NCBI GenBank assembly: GCA_951406725.2
Contig: OX597817.1
Coordinates: forward strand, 111,414,001 to 111,478,000
Length of the DNA stretch: 64,000 nucleotides
Source of the DNA: Octopus vulgaris
Taxonomy: Eukaryota
Reading direction: 5' to 3'
The notes under the pieces were generated by a model, which had not been told where the DNA came from, did no database searches, and saw only the letters and a list, made by a program, of their open reading frames with translations. The position numbers were made by a program, and so were the translations under genes. Positions 12,004-26,600 of this stretch are shown piece after piece. Numbering within the stretch: the first letter of the stretch is position 1; each line of letters opens with the position of its first letter.

Positions 12004-15000
12004 AGAATACCCCCTTCGGTCATGAATGACCATGGGATTGCACCTGGAAAGAAAGTTACCCTCCGAGGAACAAGTCTGGGCAAGGTTGTTTGTGGAAGGC
12101 CAGCAGTTGCCCATGCCTATCAGCCTCCCTTCTCTATACCACTGAGGTTATCCAAGGGAAAGGCAAAGGCCAGTATAGCTTGGCACCAGTGTTGTCGCAA
12201 CTCATTTGTACAGCTGAGTTAACTGGAACAATGTGAAATAATTGTCTTACTCAAGAACACAACATACAGCCCAATCTGGGAATCGAACTCACAACCTCAT
12301 GATCGTAAGCTCAACACTCTAACCACTGAGCCATGTGCCTTCACATGTGCATGTGTATATGTGTGTGTGTATCAATATATATATATATGTATGTATGTAT
12401 ATGTGTATATATATGTGTATATATATGAAGGGAGAGGTAGTGTAAGGTAATAGGAGTTCTGTCAAAGTTGTCAAGATCAATGGAGAAGGTGGACTGGTGG
12501 TGTATGTACACCAGCTATAGCCATTGTGTTGTGTGTAAAGTAATATAATTAAATGGCTCACATTTAAAATTAAATTGTCTTTCTTAGAAACATAGAATTA
12601 TTTAAGGTGGTAGGTACAATACATAGATAATATTATTCAGATGAGACTAAATACTAACATAATTATGACAGCTTATATTATCTAACTGTTAATTAGCAAG
12701 AAAAAAAAATGTACTTCCATTTTTTTATGATTATCCCTTATTAAATAATTTGCTTCTGACATCTTAAAAGCTATACACAGAAAGTAGGTTTCTTAGGACT
12801 AAGCTTGCTAATAACCAGAGCTTGAACTCAAATATAATTCTACAACATATTACTGCAACCGTCAAGCTTTATTATATTTATTTAGATTTCCTTAATCTTA
12901 TATATTCTGTTCCATTTGACACTTTAAAATGCTTGCAATTCTCCAGTTGCAGTTAGCAATTAAACTGTTAATTGTAATTACTGATGTCCTTATTTATTGA
13001 TGAGATGACAGTCTTCCTTTTCACTTAACTGGCGTTTTCATCCAGAAAATATGATTATACAAATACAGGCATACCTCACCCTCTGTAGTTAATTGGTTCC
13101 AGGAGACACAACTTAAGTCGAATTAACTTCTCTAGCCTAGGCCAAATTTACTTGTCTCTAGGCTAAACCGATAATAACCATATCCAATAAAAACCTATTT
13201 TAAGCTTACAAACAATTTTTATTTTCTAATACAGTACAGTAACAAAAAAAAAGAATCTAAATTATACAATTTGATGGTGTTTACCATACATTGCGAACAC
13301 TTTATGCGGTTTGTAATAAGACATAGTAAAATAAAAGTCTTTTTTAAGCTTCAAAAACAAATTCAATAATTATTATTATTGCGCATTTGTAAAAAAAAAT
13401 TACATTTATCAATACGTACACACAATTTTGTGATTTCATGATTTCACTCACTAAGCTACACTACTTTATGGTGGTTATCTTAACATTTACTGATTTTATA
13501 TAAATAAGAATAAAAGCACATAAAATCATTTAATGATTTTTATATGCTTTTATTCTTATTTATTGTACAGTAACATGATTTTATGTGCTTTTAACAGTTT
13601 TCTAGGGATTTTACAATTATTTGTGGCGAATAGATGTAAAGTCAAGTAAAATGACTTAACTAGATTTCTATTTTTCCTACATTATTTTTGAAAACTGATG
13701 TATAATCGAGAACGACTTAAATCAAAATAACTTAAGTCGAGGTATGCCTGTATTAATGTTCTTGAGAATTCTTTAGGTTTATAATGAACCATGATGATGG
13801 TTGTCCTTCCATAAACTAATGCAGTTCTGTGGGCTAGGATATATCTAGTTTCCATAGTATTAAGTAGATAAGACAATTTTCTCCTTGGATAAAACCCTAG
13901 TCTATTACAGAGAAGTTTTTCCTCTTGAGAATTGAACTCAACACTACAAGTGAAGCAAAAATTTTACAATGTATTGCTGCTTACAACAGCATATTTTTCT
14001 TATCCAACTGTATATAGGTGACCTTAGTGGTTAGGGTGCTCAGTGCTTTATTCACAGAGACACAGTGCAATGTTAGTGACAAAGATATGGTGGTTGTTCG
14101 ATATCCTGATTTCAGTAATCCACTTTCTCTGTATTAGTTCATAAGAATGGCATGTTACTCTAATGTACATTATGTTAATTTGACAAGAGATCTCAGTAGG
14201 TTATTCTATTTCAGATTGTCAAATCTATAGAATTGTTTTGCGCTGATATACTGCAAAATATATGATGTGGAATTAAAAGTCATAATATCTTGTCTTCTTT
14301 GATTTGACTCTAGTTAAAGCAGTGGTTTGTTTAATTCTGAAATTTCTAGGGTTAAATGTATGTTGTCTATTTCATGTATTAGGTGACAAATAAATAACCA
14401 ATGATATGAGAATGTCCTCTTTAAGTTCTTGTCTGATACACAAACAAACGTATATAATTCATTTCTCTTTATTGCAATTAGTGTTATTTCATATGCAGTA
14501 TGTCTCTACTTTTTAAAATATCAAGAGAAACACTTGCCATGCAAACATTGGAATTCATTTTTCAGCCCTCTCTATACTGTATATAGTCAGGATATCAATA
14601 ACTGCTCAGTGGAGACTGGATTATACATTTGATTTTCATAAGATGTAAGTGTTGTGTTTTAGAACAAAGCATTGGTTCTCATATCCATTATTGCTTCATC
14701 CTTAAAGTTACAGTCATCTGATAATATATGTGCAAGCTGCCAGAAAAGGTGTGGAGAAATGGCTTAAGTTTATGTAATTTTAAGAAAGGAAGCCTAGAAT
14801 AGAAGAAAAAGAAAGGAAATCAATTTGTTTTACATAGAAAAAAAGAGGTTAGGAACATGTAGTCCAGTAAATTTATGTATTCAAGTGCCACACCTCACAA
14901 TTGTTTACCAATTATTGTTTCATAGCCTCCAGACTTAATTACATCCTTGGTGTTAATTAACTGTGTTTTTGTTTCTCCATGTCTAACTTTAAGATATTGA

Positions 15001-15051
15001 TTTCCCATGTTAGCACTTGGTTACAAATATAAAATCAATTGAATTGATGCT

Positions 15052-15108
<57 letters not shown>

Positions 15109-18100
15109 CTGTATGTATGTGTGTAATATGTGTCATGAAATTCATGCCTTACTCAAGGCATCAACAGTGTCAGTGAAATGAAATGGTTCCTATTAAGAAT
15201 CCAAGTGATATCAGAAGCTAGCTTATCAAAATCTATAGATATTGTTTTTGTAAATAAAAGCAAAAAGCATATTAAACGTGTTCTGTGTGCCTTACCAAAA
15301 TTGCCTATATGTAATGTTTATTATCTGTTATACTTCCTTGATACAACGTAGGATGAGTGGAACAAATATCAGCTAAGAAAACTGTGATCCTTCCATGAGA
15401 TCCATAACACAAAAGAAAAGATAAACAATGAAGGTTGCAGTACAGTTGTTAGGTTGCTGTCTACTCCAGTATTTAATAGTTTTTGGTTTGAAAAATACAA
15501 GTGTGTATATATTTCCTTGACAGTACAATTGAGAAACTTTTTTTCTTTCTTTTGGTAATTTTGTTTTTCCTTACTGATGATATCAACAGTTAAACTGTTG
15601 ATTTACACAACTCAAATGTATATTTTTGGTATAAAGTGGCTTTGCTTTTGTCTGCAGTGTAACTTAAAAATAGAAATGGATCAGTTATAGTTGAGTAGTT
15701 ATATGTGATATCAACAAAGAATTTCTTTTCTTTTGGTCATACCACTTCTAGCTGTTATCTTAATTTTGGTCATGTTTTCTCAAATTCCCTGTATATTTAC
15801 TATTAATGTTTTGTTGCTAACTAACCTCTATAATGATTATATGAAAAAACTGAAAATCTTTTCCTAACCAAGACAATTTTATGTTAGCAAAAGCTTTTCT
15901 CAGTATTTGGAATTACAAAACTGTAGCTGTTTTCACCCAGCTTTCTCTCTTTCTCTTAAGTATTATTCTTTACATTGACAGTCATGTTTTAATTAATTAA
16001 TTTTGTAATTTACTAACCAAATTGTATCTTGGTTCATCATCATCATTTAACGTCTGTCTTCCGCGCTAGCATGGGTTGGACGGTTTGACCGGGGTCTGGG
16101 AAGCTAGGGGCTGCACCAGGCTCCAGTCTGATCTGGCAATGTTTCTACAGCTGGATGCCCTTCCTAACGCCAACCACTCCTCTATTTCAAAATGTTGTAG
16201 GGGTCCTTAACTAGTTACAGCTGATAAAAGTGTTAAGTTGAGCCCTCCTAATAAATCACATTTAATTTAGTTATACTGCTAAGGGTTTATTTGTTTTGAT
16301 TACTTGTTAATATCATCCAAAATTTCATCAGTATATTTATATAGATTTTCCCCACTTTTTACTTATACAACTTTTAATTTTCTCTTTACTTTTTTCAGTC
16401 CATTCTGTTTTCACCAACACCAGCTTTATAACTTCATAGTGACACGTCCATCACTATGAATTTTTTCCACTTCTGATACAGCCAGCTTGCTTATCTCTGC
16501 ACAAATCAACATTTCTTTATTGACCTCTTCCCTCTCTCTAAATTCTAAAACTCAAAATACATTCCATTTCTACATACTTCAATGATTAGTTACATTTATC
16601 GCATGTTGCATAGTTTTTGTTGTTTTTTTTTTTCTTGATTTTGGATTAAATTTTAGATTTTAGAAAATATGCCCAGTTGCTATATTTGTTAAATATATTT
16701 ATTTTATTCTCCCTCATTCAATGTCACACTTTCAAATCTGTTCTCACCATGCTGCCTTTTTCACTCAACTCTGCTGTTGGAAAATTTGACATTTTCATGT
16801 AACTATTTATCCCATTCATACCACATTTTTTCCCCACCTTTTTTTTTCATGCGTTTGTTATAGGGGTTATTTAGTTAATGTTTTAATAGTGGGTTAGAAA
16901 TTGTTGCATGTAGGTTTTTGCATATCTCATTGTCAGATGAAATGCAAAGTAAGCTGAATATGTAACACCATAAGAATGTTACACAATATTCCTCTAACCA
17001 AGACTCCCACACAAACTTTCTGGTGCCTTGCAAACTGCAGTTTTGTAATTGTAAGTTAAAGTGTGAGAAAACCTAGAAGAAATTAGGACGGAAGTTTAGG
17101 TGTGATGACCTATTTGTGTTTGGATATGTCCTGACACTCATCAGTCCAGGCCTCAGTTATAGGAAAATATGGTGTTTCCTGTGCAGATGATATGCAGATC
17201 AATTATGGCATTTAATTGGATGACAGTAGTGAGACTCGGCTTTGTGATTGTTATGACTCACCACCCCCTTATCTAGTTAATTAGCCATTAGAGAACACCC
17301 TTCCTACCTCTGCTAACACAAAGTGACATTCTTCTTGATCCAGTTATTCATAAACATCTAGAGTGAACATCTGCTTTCATTCAGTGCGGTCATGTTTAAA
17401 GTTAATACAACTAATATGTCAGTTTGAAAAATACACCAGGTACTGGTGAATATTTGTAGCAGGATAAAACAGAACTTCTATTATATTTCCTTTTTTCTGG
17501 AAAATCCCCACCTAATTCTTTCTCATCTTCTTTTACTTAAGCCATTTAAAATTGGTTTCCTTTTTAAAGGTCAAAAAGCCTCATTTGTTTAATGTTCTAA
17601 TTTGGTTTCTATCAGACCTTAACTAAAAAGTCAGGCTCGTCTTTCTATTCCTAGTTTTTTTTTTTTTTTTCCTTATTCTACTTCTAGTTAGTAACTGGAG
17701 AGAATTACTGCCAGATTCTCATTCAATTTTACTGCTTTCATTCTACTTTCTTATTAGGCAATATTTCATTATTTTTCTGTGTCTAAATTTGACTTATAGC
17801 TTAAATGTCATATTCTGAAATTTTTTGCAAAAGAAAAATATCTTCGAATGAAATTTTTTAAAATTTATTACAAATTTTCATAGTTTCCATTATACACCAT
17901 GTTGTCTTGTTAGCCATCTATAGAGTTTTTTTTTAAAATTTAGTCTTTGAAGGTAATTAGGAACTTGACTATTTGGAATTTAATATTTCTGAGTATGTTA
18001 GTCTTATAACTTGATTTCTCAATATTAGTTTCTCACTTTATATCTAACAAATGTACTTGTTTTGATTGAGAATTTTTCAGTAGCTGTTGGCACATTCAAA

Positions 18101-21100
18101 ACTTCAGCAGAGAGAAAACTCATATTACAATACTGAGTGTTCAGTTTCATCTGTTCTTCATTAACTTTTCCTTACTTTTATCTTTTAAAGTTTAACTTGT
18201 TTAATGTCTAAACTTGATTAGGTCACAAGAAAATCTGACCAATTGATGTAGTCCTTCTTTACCTGGTATGGATGAGTCAATTTATTGACTCATTTTATTT
18301 TGGAGATTGGAGTGGGGTGACAGGATACCTTTCCTCTCACCAAGTTGCAAATTTAGCTGGCTGGATTTCATTGTGTCACTTGAACTAGAGAGGTTATCGT
18401 GTAGCAAGACTTAAGACTACCTTCAGCCATTTATTAGTTCTTATCCAGAGTTAATGCTCTCCTAAGCAGATTGCTTGCAATGCATCTTGAATGGTTTATA
18501 TGACTGAATATCGTTCCAGTTGCCAACCACAACCACTTTACAGTGTGGACTGGATACATTTCATTATGCCTTATTTTTTCCTGGGTTCATTTGCCCCTTA
18601 AAGTACTAGAACTTTTTAAAGTTTGGTCTGCATAAGCATAGATAGTATTTTCACAGCTACATATAACTGAAATATAGTTGTAACTGTACAATCAGTTGAT
18701 GGCTCAGTGTGTTCAAAAGGCATAGTTGAAAAACACTATCTGGATATTAAATATTTAGCCTATATTGAAGATTTATACCTGGCCCATGAAAGTATAGAAA
18801 GCTGGGTGTTAAATCAATGATGATATAATTTGAAAAGCAATCAATCATGTTTGAGTAGTGTTATATGTTTTTATGCTACCCCATTCCTGAAGTGCTATCT
18901 TTAGCAAATTGGAATATTTATTTTATGGCAAATAATAGATATTATTTAACATGAAAGTCAAAATTAAAAGTTAACAGTGAAATTGTCATATGGAAATCTC
19001 CCTAATTGGGTAAAAGGCTGGTTAGATGCCATCCATTGACTTACTGGTATTTTTGTCAAAATACTGAAAATGGATATGGATATTCATCTGTTACAGTTGT
19101 CATTATTATTTTATCGTCATCATCATCACACTGCTCATTATTTTATGCAGCCTGCTTTTGTTTGTTCTGCTTCCTCTTCATTCCATATGATTAGTACTTG
19201 TTTATACTTGTTGCCTAGCTCCTATACATTTCATTAGTTTGTATATTGATTTATAGAATCTACCTTCATTGAAACAATAATCTCCCAGCTTGGATATATT
19301 GATTCCTACTTAACACGTTTTTTTATTATAAAGCACTCGGATTTTTACATACCAGTTCAGCTACACACCTTTATTTCACTTTGCTGTTTATTTTCGTGGT
19401 GTCAACAACTAGCAGGTATAATACATTTGGCCATCCAATATTTTGCTGGAGTAATTCAGTTTCTGAAGCACATACATTTTGATTGTACTTCTAAGGTGGA
19501 TTTTGCAAGATCCCTGGTTGGTTCATATTACAAATGAAGCTGAGAAGATTTCCAGTCTATTGATTAATATTTAATTCTTATCTACATTTTTATCTACATA
19601 AGGACTATTTTTATCCACATAAGGACTATTTTTGATTTTGGTATGTTTTCTAAGTTTACCATTTTTGTTTCTTTCTAATTGTACTGTTGTCTGCAAACCA
19701 ACTTATATTTCTAATCCTGTGTTTTTCTAAGATACTAAATTACAGAACCTGTTAAAACTCCATATTTTCTTTCATTCAACTTATTTGATCAAAGTTTTAT
19801 CTGAAAAATCTTTTGAGTTTGTAGACATTTGCTATAAAAAAGGCACTTCGGAGTATTATTTTTATATAAAATTTTGTTTCTGTGTATGAGGGTGAGAGAG
19901 AGAGAAAACAGCATATAAGCTGATTGTCACTTAGCACATGGTTCACCACACTTTTAGAAGCTTTAGATGGCCAGCTTAATTCTATAGATTAATTCCACAG
20001 ATTATCTGTTGAGATTATTTATTTTACACAATCATATCACCCATCAGCTTTGCATATTTCTTAACATGAAGTGAATGTTTAGTTATCTTTGGTGTTTATT
20101 GGTATTTACAAATTGTTGTTTTTCCTGTATTGAAGTTGACAGTTGGATAGAAGAGCTGAAAGTAAAAAATTGTTATAAGTAAGAGCTTTCTATTAATGAC
20201 TTATAAATGTTTGTTATGAAATTAGTGAATTTCTGTTAAATATTTCCAAAATATAGTCACTGGTTGTATAAAATGTTAATTTCTTTTTCAAGATGTTAGG
20301 ATATTAACATCATACTGTGTCTCTGATAAAGGCTATCTCATCTAACTGAAAATGTGTACTAGTGGGGAAGTACAATTTACTGCTGCTAGGACTATTGTAT
20401 AACTCGAAGTCCTTTGCTCATTGTAAAGAGCTCTGGCTAGAAGCAGATGGACTACATAATTAGGTTCAAGTATTGTCAATAACCATTTGACACTATCCCA
20501 GTCATAAACCCCAGAAATATATTTCATCAAATGCCAAACAATCCTCACTGTATTCACTGAATCCACAAGTAAGGAATTTACAAATCTGCAAGGAAGAAGT
20601 GTGAGTGAAATGTTCCCTGTATCTTTTACAATGCTACATCTGACTACTATTATATACAAAACATCAGCATATTTTATTTTTTCCTCAGTAGATATTTCCC
20701 CTGAGAATTTAATCCCAAAGTTTAGATTTATTTCCAGTTCCTCAGCTTCTTTTATCTATGTATGCACACATACATCTATTTAAGACTAATATCAACAAAT
20801 TAAATAATACAATTAACTATTTAGTTATCTTTGAAATTTAGTGCAGTTCATTTTAGGAACAGGTTTCTCACAGAAAGAAAATATAAATGGTTTCCATTGT
20901 GTTTCTATAGAATTTTCAACTATTGCTTTATTTGTTACTGTTATATTTTGTTTATTTTAGTTTAACTTTCACATGCTTCAACAAATTGGTTGTAGTTTCA
21001 ATTGAAGTCTTGTATTTACTTAACTGGTATCCATGTGTACAGCTTGTAACTTTCATCAAATTTCACATCTGATATACATTTATAAATGGTTTAAATTTCA

Positions 21101-21839
21101 AAAGGTTAATTTGTTTTATTAATTGCATGAGAACCACTTTAATTAAGGTTTTAAAATAGATATGAGTGAGGCTTTACTTTGCATACCTGACTCAATGAGC
21201 TGGGAATGTACTTTTACATATTGATGTTGAAAAAGAAAGAAGAAAAAAAATGAACCAAGATTATCCATCTCATTTTCATCTTCAGAGAAATAGTTACATA
21301 TAGTTTGCTGCAAAACTCAAAGCTGGGACTATAACATTCAAATAGTTTTAATGTAAGCAAGAGTAAATTTTCCTTGCTTAAATCTTCATTCATATAACAG
21401 CAGTTTAGGACTGCATTGCTTTAAACAATTATTGTGCTGTATTATTTATAACATTTTGTAACTTTCACAGATGATTAACAGTCTGTGTAATTATGTAATT
21501 AGTTTGTCGGAAGTAAAACAAATAGAAAGTGAGTGACAGAAGTAAAATGAACTTAGTGAAAGGATGCTTGGATATTTTACTTTCATTTTAGCTTTACTGT
21601 ATATTATGTATCGTAATTTAATTCTGTGTATGTATGCACACACATGCAGAGACACAAGCACAGCTGTGGTTAAAAAGTTCACATCACAACCTTGCAGTTT
21701 TAGGTTCAATGCCATTACATGGCACCTTGGGTTAATGTTTTATAACTCCTAGCTAACTAAAGCCTCATAAGTGAATTTGGTAGATGGAAACTGCAGGAAG
21801 CCTCACATATTACAAAGTGTATATTTATTTATTTATTTA

Positions 21840-21888
<49 letters not shown>

Positions 21889-23568
21889 TTTTTACTACAA
21901 ATTACTTTCAGCTTCATGTTATGAGGAAGATATTTAACACTTCTCAGCTAATTCAAGCAGTAGCTGTCTTCCATATAGTCTTCAGATTTATTTAAATCGA
22001 AACTGTTGAGAAGATGGCTACTGCTTGTCCTAGCTGAGCAGAGGCAAACTTTAAGCAAGAAACTTAAACTGATTTATTGCAAATAAGACACTATATATGA
22101 AATATTAGTAACTCTCAAATGTATTGGATGCTTTATTTTGCTGAATTTATCCACAGACAGTTCACTGTATGTGTGCTTGTGTGTGTGAATGTTGATATTC
22201 AAAGGCCACTGTTATAAAACAGGTATGGGTTGGCGACAAGAAGGGAATCCAATCATAAATTTCTGTTTCATATACTTCCCTATCTAACCCATGCTAACAG
22301 GAGGAAAGAGACATAAAGCAAAAGACACATGCAGAAATGTATGTTATAGAAGACAGTATTTTCAAGAGTAAGAAATTAATTCAATATTATTTGAATGGAC
22401 AGGACAGCAATCTGGCAGAATCGTTAGCATGCCAGGCATTTTGCCTGTATTTACATTCTGAGTTCAAATTCTGCCAAGGTAGACTTTGCCTTTCTTCCTT
22501 TCAGGGTCAGTAAAATAGGTACCAATTCAACATTGGGGGTCGATGTAATTGACTTATCCCATCCCCCAAAATTGCAGTGCTTGTGCCAAAATTTGAAATC
22601 AATATTATTTGAAGATGTGCTATTCTCTAGAATTAATGAAGCTGTCATAATTTGTGATGACAAAGGCACACAAGTGTGTGTGTATGTGTGTGTTTGTACA
22701 TATGTATATGAGCATGCATGTCCTGATAATTATCATTTAAATATGTCTTCCATTCATGGTTGGATTGTTTAGCAGTATTCATCAAGTTGGAGAAGTACAT
22801 CATGCTTCAGTGTCAGTTCTAGTATGGTTGCTATAACTACTTTACACTGTGTACTGGGTACATTTTTTTTCATGCTACCAACACAAGTGAGGATGCTTTG
22901 CAACTTGCAAGGTTAAGAGACTAAAATAGCACCTATAACTGAAGGTGAATGGAGGAGAAAGAGTGTGAGGATCTCTGGCAAGGTGTATAATTGTAGTAGG
23001 GTGGCAGTGGAGAGAGTAAACAGAGCTGACATTTGTGGGAGAGAGTATAGAAGGGGAAGGATTAGTGTTGGAGCTTTAGTGTGTATATATCTTTTACCTT
23101 TTACTTGTTTCAGTCATTAGACTGCAGCCATGCTAGGTCATCGTCTTCAATTTTTAGCTGAATGAATCGCCCCCAGTATTTATTTTTAAGCTTATTGGTC
23201 CCTTTTGCTAAAGCTCTAAGTTATGGAAATGTAAACACACTAACACTGGTTGTCAAGCGGTGGTGAGACACACACACACACACACACACACATGATAGGC
23301 TTCTTTCAATTTACATCTATCAAATCCGCTCACAAGGTTATGGTTGGCCCAAGGCTATAGTAGAAGACTCTTGCCCAAGGTGCCACGCAGTGGGACTGAA
23401 CCCAAAACCATGTGGTTGGGAAGCAAGCTTCTTATCACACAGCCATGCCTGTGTTTTTTTGGTTTTTTTTGTGTGTATATATATATATATCAGCCTCCTG
23501 GCTTCCCAGACCCCAGTCGAACCATCCAACCCATGCCAGCATGGAAAACAGATGTTAAACGATGATGA

Positions 23569-23612
<44 letters not shown>

Positions 23613-26600
23613 ATGCACATACATATATAAACATTCACATACATATATCTATTACATGGTCATGTGATCAACCAGACTATCAGATGTTGTTATATATTGC
23701 TGGTCACAGTGCACTTTGCATCGTTTTAGCATTCAAATGATGTTCCCCTGCTGGCTAGACAAGCAGATCAACATTTCTCCTGATAGGAAAACTGATCCAT
23801 TGCAGGGTTATTCATTTACAGCTGAGTGGACTGGAGCAACATGAAATGAAGAGTTTTGCTCAAGAACACAATGTACAGCTGTTCTGGAATCAAAACCATG
23901 GTCTCACAATTGAGTGCAACACACCTAACCACTAGGCCGTGTGTGTGTATTATTTTACACATAGGTTACAAAATCACCCTACTGTTAATCTTTAAAAACT
24001 TAATACTCTGAATATACTAAGGCACTATCTAGTCTATCTTGTATTTTGCAGCACTAATATTAATATCATAGCTAGTTGCATTTTTGTAAAAATATGATCA
24101 TATTTAAGTGGGGTTCATTTTGTAAACCCTAATATGGGCATTCTTTCTTTCTCTCTCTCTTTCTTTCCCTTTTTTTATAGCTTATAATAGCTTACACATG
24201 TATAATCATGTTTATTACTTTTGGATCTAACTGTATAATCTTATGCTTTGTATGCTTTCTGTTGGAACATAACACAAATTGCTATGTTATCAGTTATGTT
24301 TACCTTCTCAGCTAGTAATAATCTGGGCTTGTGGTTACTTCTGAAGAAAAACATGGTATACACATAAAATCATCTGGTTCATAGGTGCATACTCAAAGTA
24401 TTTCTGATCAGGTTTTTGGTTATAAAATACTCCAGTCTACATGTAACCAAGTTTTTATTTTTGTGCTTTTTGCTCACTCTTGCAAACAGAAGTAGACTAT
24501 TTATCCATATCATGAACTTTCTTTGTTGGCATTACTCAATATTTTATTGATGGCTTTTGAAATTAAACATATTTTAATTACTCAAAAAGAGGTCTCTGCC
24601 CCTTCCCCACCTCTATTAGCAATGACATGTTTGCTGTAAAATTTGAAATGTGAAGGAGCTATCAGTCCTCAAAGCTGATTATTGTTACTTTTTGATATAC
24701 AGAGTGACTACAAAGTCTGGATGAATGAATGTGCTCAGACTGATGGAGATGTGGAGTTACTGCATTGGGTTCATGTGAATCTCGCAAGGCACATCAATCT
24801 TTGCTTCATTATTGGTAAAAGCCATGTCGAAAATGTCATTCATTAATGTAGTTGAGTAAAATTATTGAAAATATGCAATTCTCACATATGTATCCAAACT
24901 TTATATTCACCTCAATTAAATACTTGAAACTCTTGCCTAATTAGTCATGAAACATTTTTCTATGTGAAAAAGAAACACCAGGTATACCAGAGTTGTCTGT
25001 AACAGTTAAATCTCTGATTTTCTACAGACATAGGATACAATTGATATAAGATTATATGGTATGGATATCTCTGAATATAATCTCTCTCTCTCACACGCAC
25101 ACACATGTGTGTACGCACATATAAGGGTAGTATTGGAAGAAGAATTAGGATGTCAGAAAAAATGCCCTACTGTGTTTGTTACAGCTGTTTATGTTCTGTG
25201 TTTCTCTCTGAGGTTGATAAAGTACCAATCAGATACTGAAGTCATTGTGGCTGGCCAACTCCCTCCCTTCAAAATTGTTGGTTTTATCCATAAATTGAAA
25301 ATATTAAGTCATATTTTTATTGCCCACTTTCACTGCATTACTTGCATTACAGGACATAGCTCTGTGAGCCTTGGATATGAATAATTTTTTGTGTATTTAT
25401 GTCTAGTATCTTATTTCTAGTATTGAGTCCATATTTTAATACTCATCTACTCTTTTGTAGTGCTCTTTTTTAATTTCTTTTTTCATTTCTGCATTGTATT
25501 TTGTCAGTTTCATCTACTCCAAGTCATTCAGGTTTAATACTCTGGTTTTATTGTCCACAGCTAATGTAATATTCTAAGTTTTAGTTCCTTTTCTTATAGT
25601 AGTTTGGCTTATTTGTCTAATCCTTTAATCACTTTTATGGTTTGGCTAAATTTATTATCAATTTCTAGTAGGGTTTTGAACTAGGTATTGTATTTTTAAA
25701 TATTTTCAAGTCATACATTCAACAGAGATAGTTTATTGTTTGCCTGTATCATCAAAAGTGATTTCATTAAAAAAATTTAAGGGAGCCAGTGCTAGGTAAA
25801 GAAGATAATGAGTCTCTATGGAGCATTCCTCTATTCATGAGTACAGTGCTGGTTTTGACTATTTTATCTTTGCCACTTTGTGTGTGTATTTTCATTCTGA
25901 CATGGCATGGTTGATTTTTTTTGTTGTTAGTATTGGGACTGCTTTATGTAAAACATGTCCAATATCCAAGGGTGTGTTAATCTAGGCCATTTTATCTTTT
26001 ATTTTTATTATCTTCTTATATCTCAGTTCAGCAGTAGCTGCTTTTTACAACTGTGCTGCCCTTTCCAGTGTCCTTTTTGTTCCTTTGGCAATATGTTACT
26101 GTGGAAGGGTTTTGTATGTTGTCGGTAAGCAAGTTATTGGCTTGCAGTTTTGGAAAATAACTTATTGACCTGGAGTCCCAGGTAATTTGTTGGAATTAAT
26201 GTCCCCCCCCCCTCAGCATCCAATCATGCATTGATTCTGGTGTGTTTACAAGTTCATTGAATGCTGCCACCATATATCCATAATACTAGTTAAGTGCTTC
26301 AGCCAGAAATTGAGAACCTTGTAAATCCCAGGGGCTTTTCAGTACTACTTGTAATTTTGGAATTCTTAATGTGTTTGTGAGTCCATTGGCCCTGTTTGCA
26401 ATCTTATATATTTTTTATTCTTCCCTTATGATTCAGTTTTTTTTGTTGTTGTTGTGTGAAATTTTTTTTCCCTTATTTCCTTTTAGTATGCTTGAATTCC
26501 CATTGGTGTATATCCCCCATTGATGTATTATTTTATTTAATGTCTCTTTTAGAATTTTTTTGTATTTGATTCACATAACTGGTTTTTTTTTTCCTTTTTG

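Noticed and set aside
11764-12561. ORFs of 72-150 aa
   Set aside because: Microsatellite plus SINE sequence; no coding signal.
20340-20610. Exon-like stretch with donors CAA|GTAAGG and AGT|GTGAGT, and a minus-strand 105-aa ORF
   Set aside because: No good acceptor or ATG in a compatible frame and no recognisable protein; a non-coding exon cannot be excluded.
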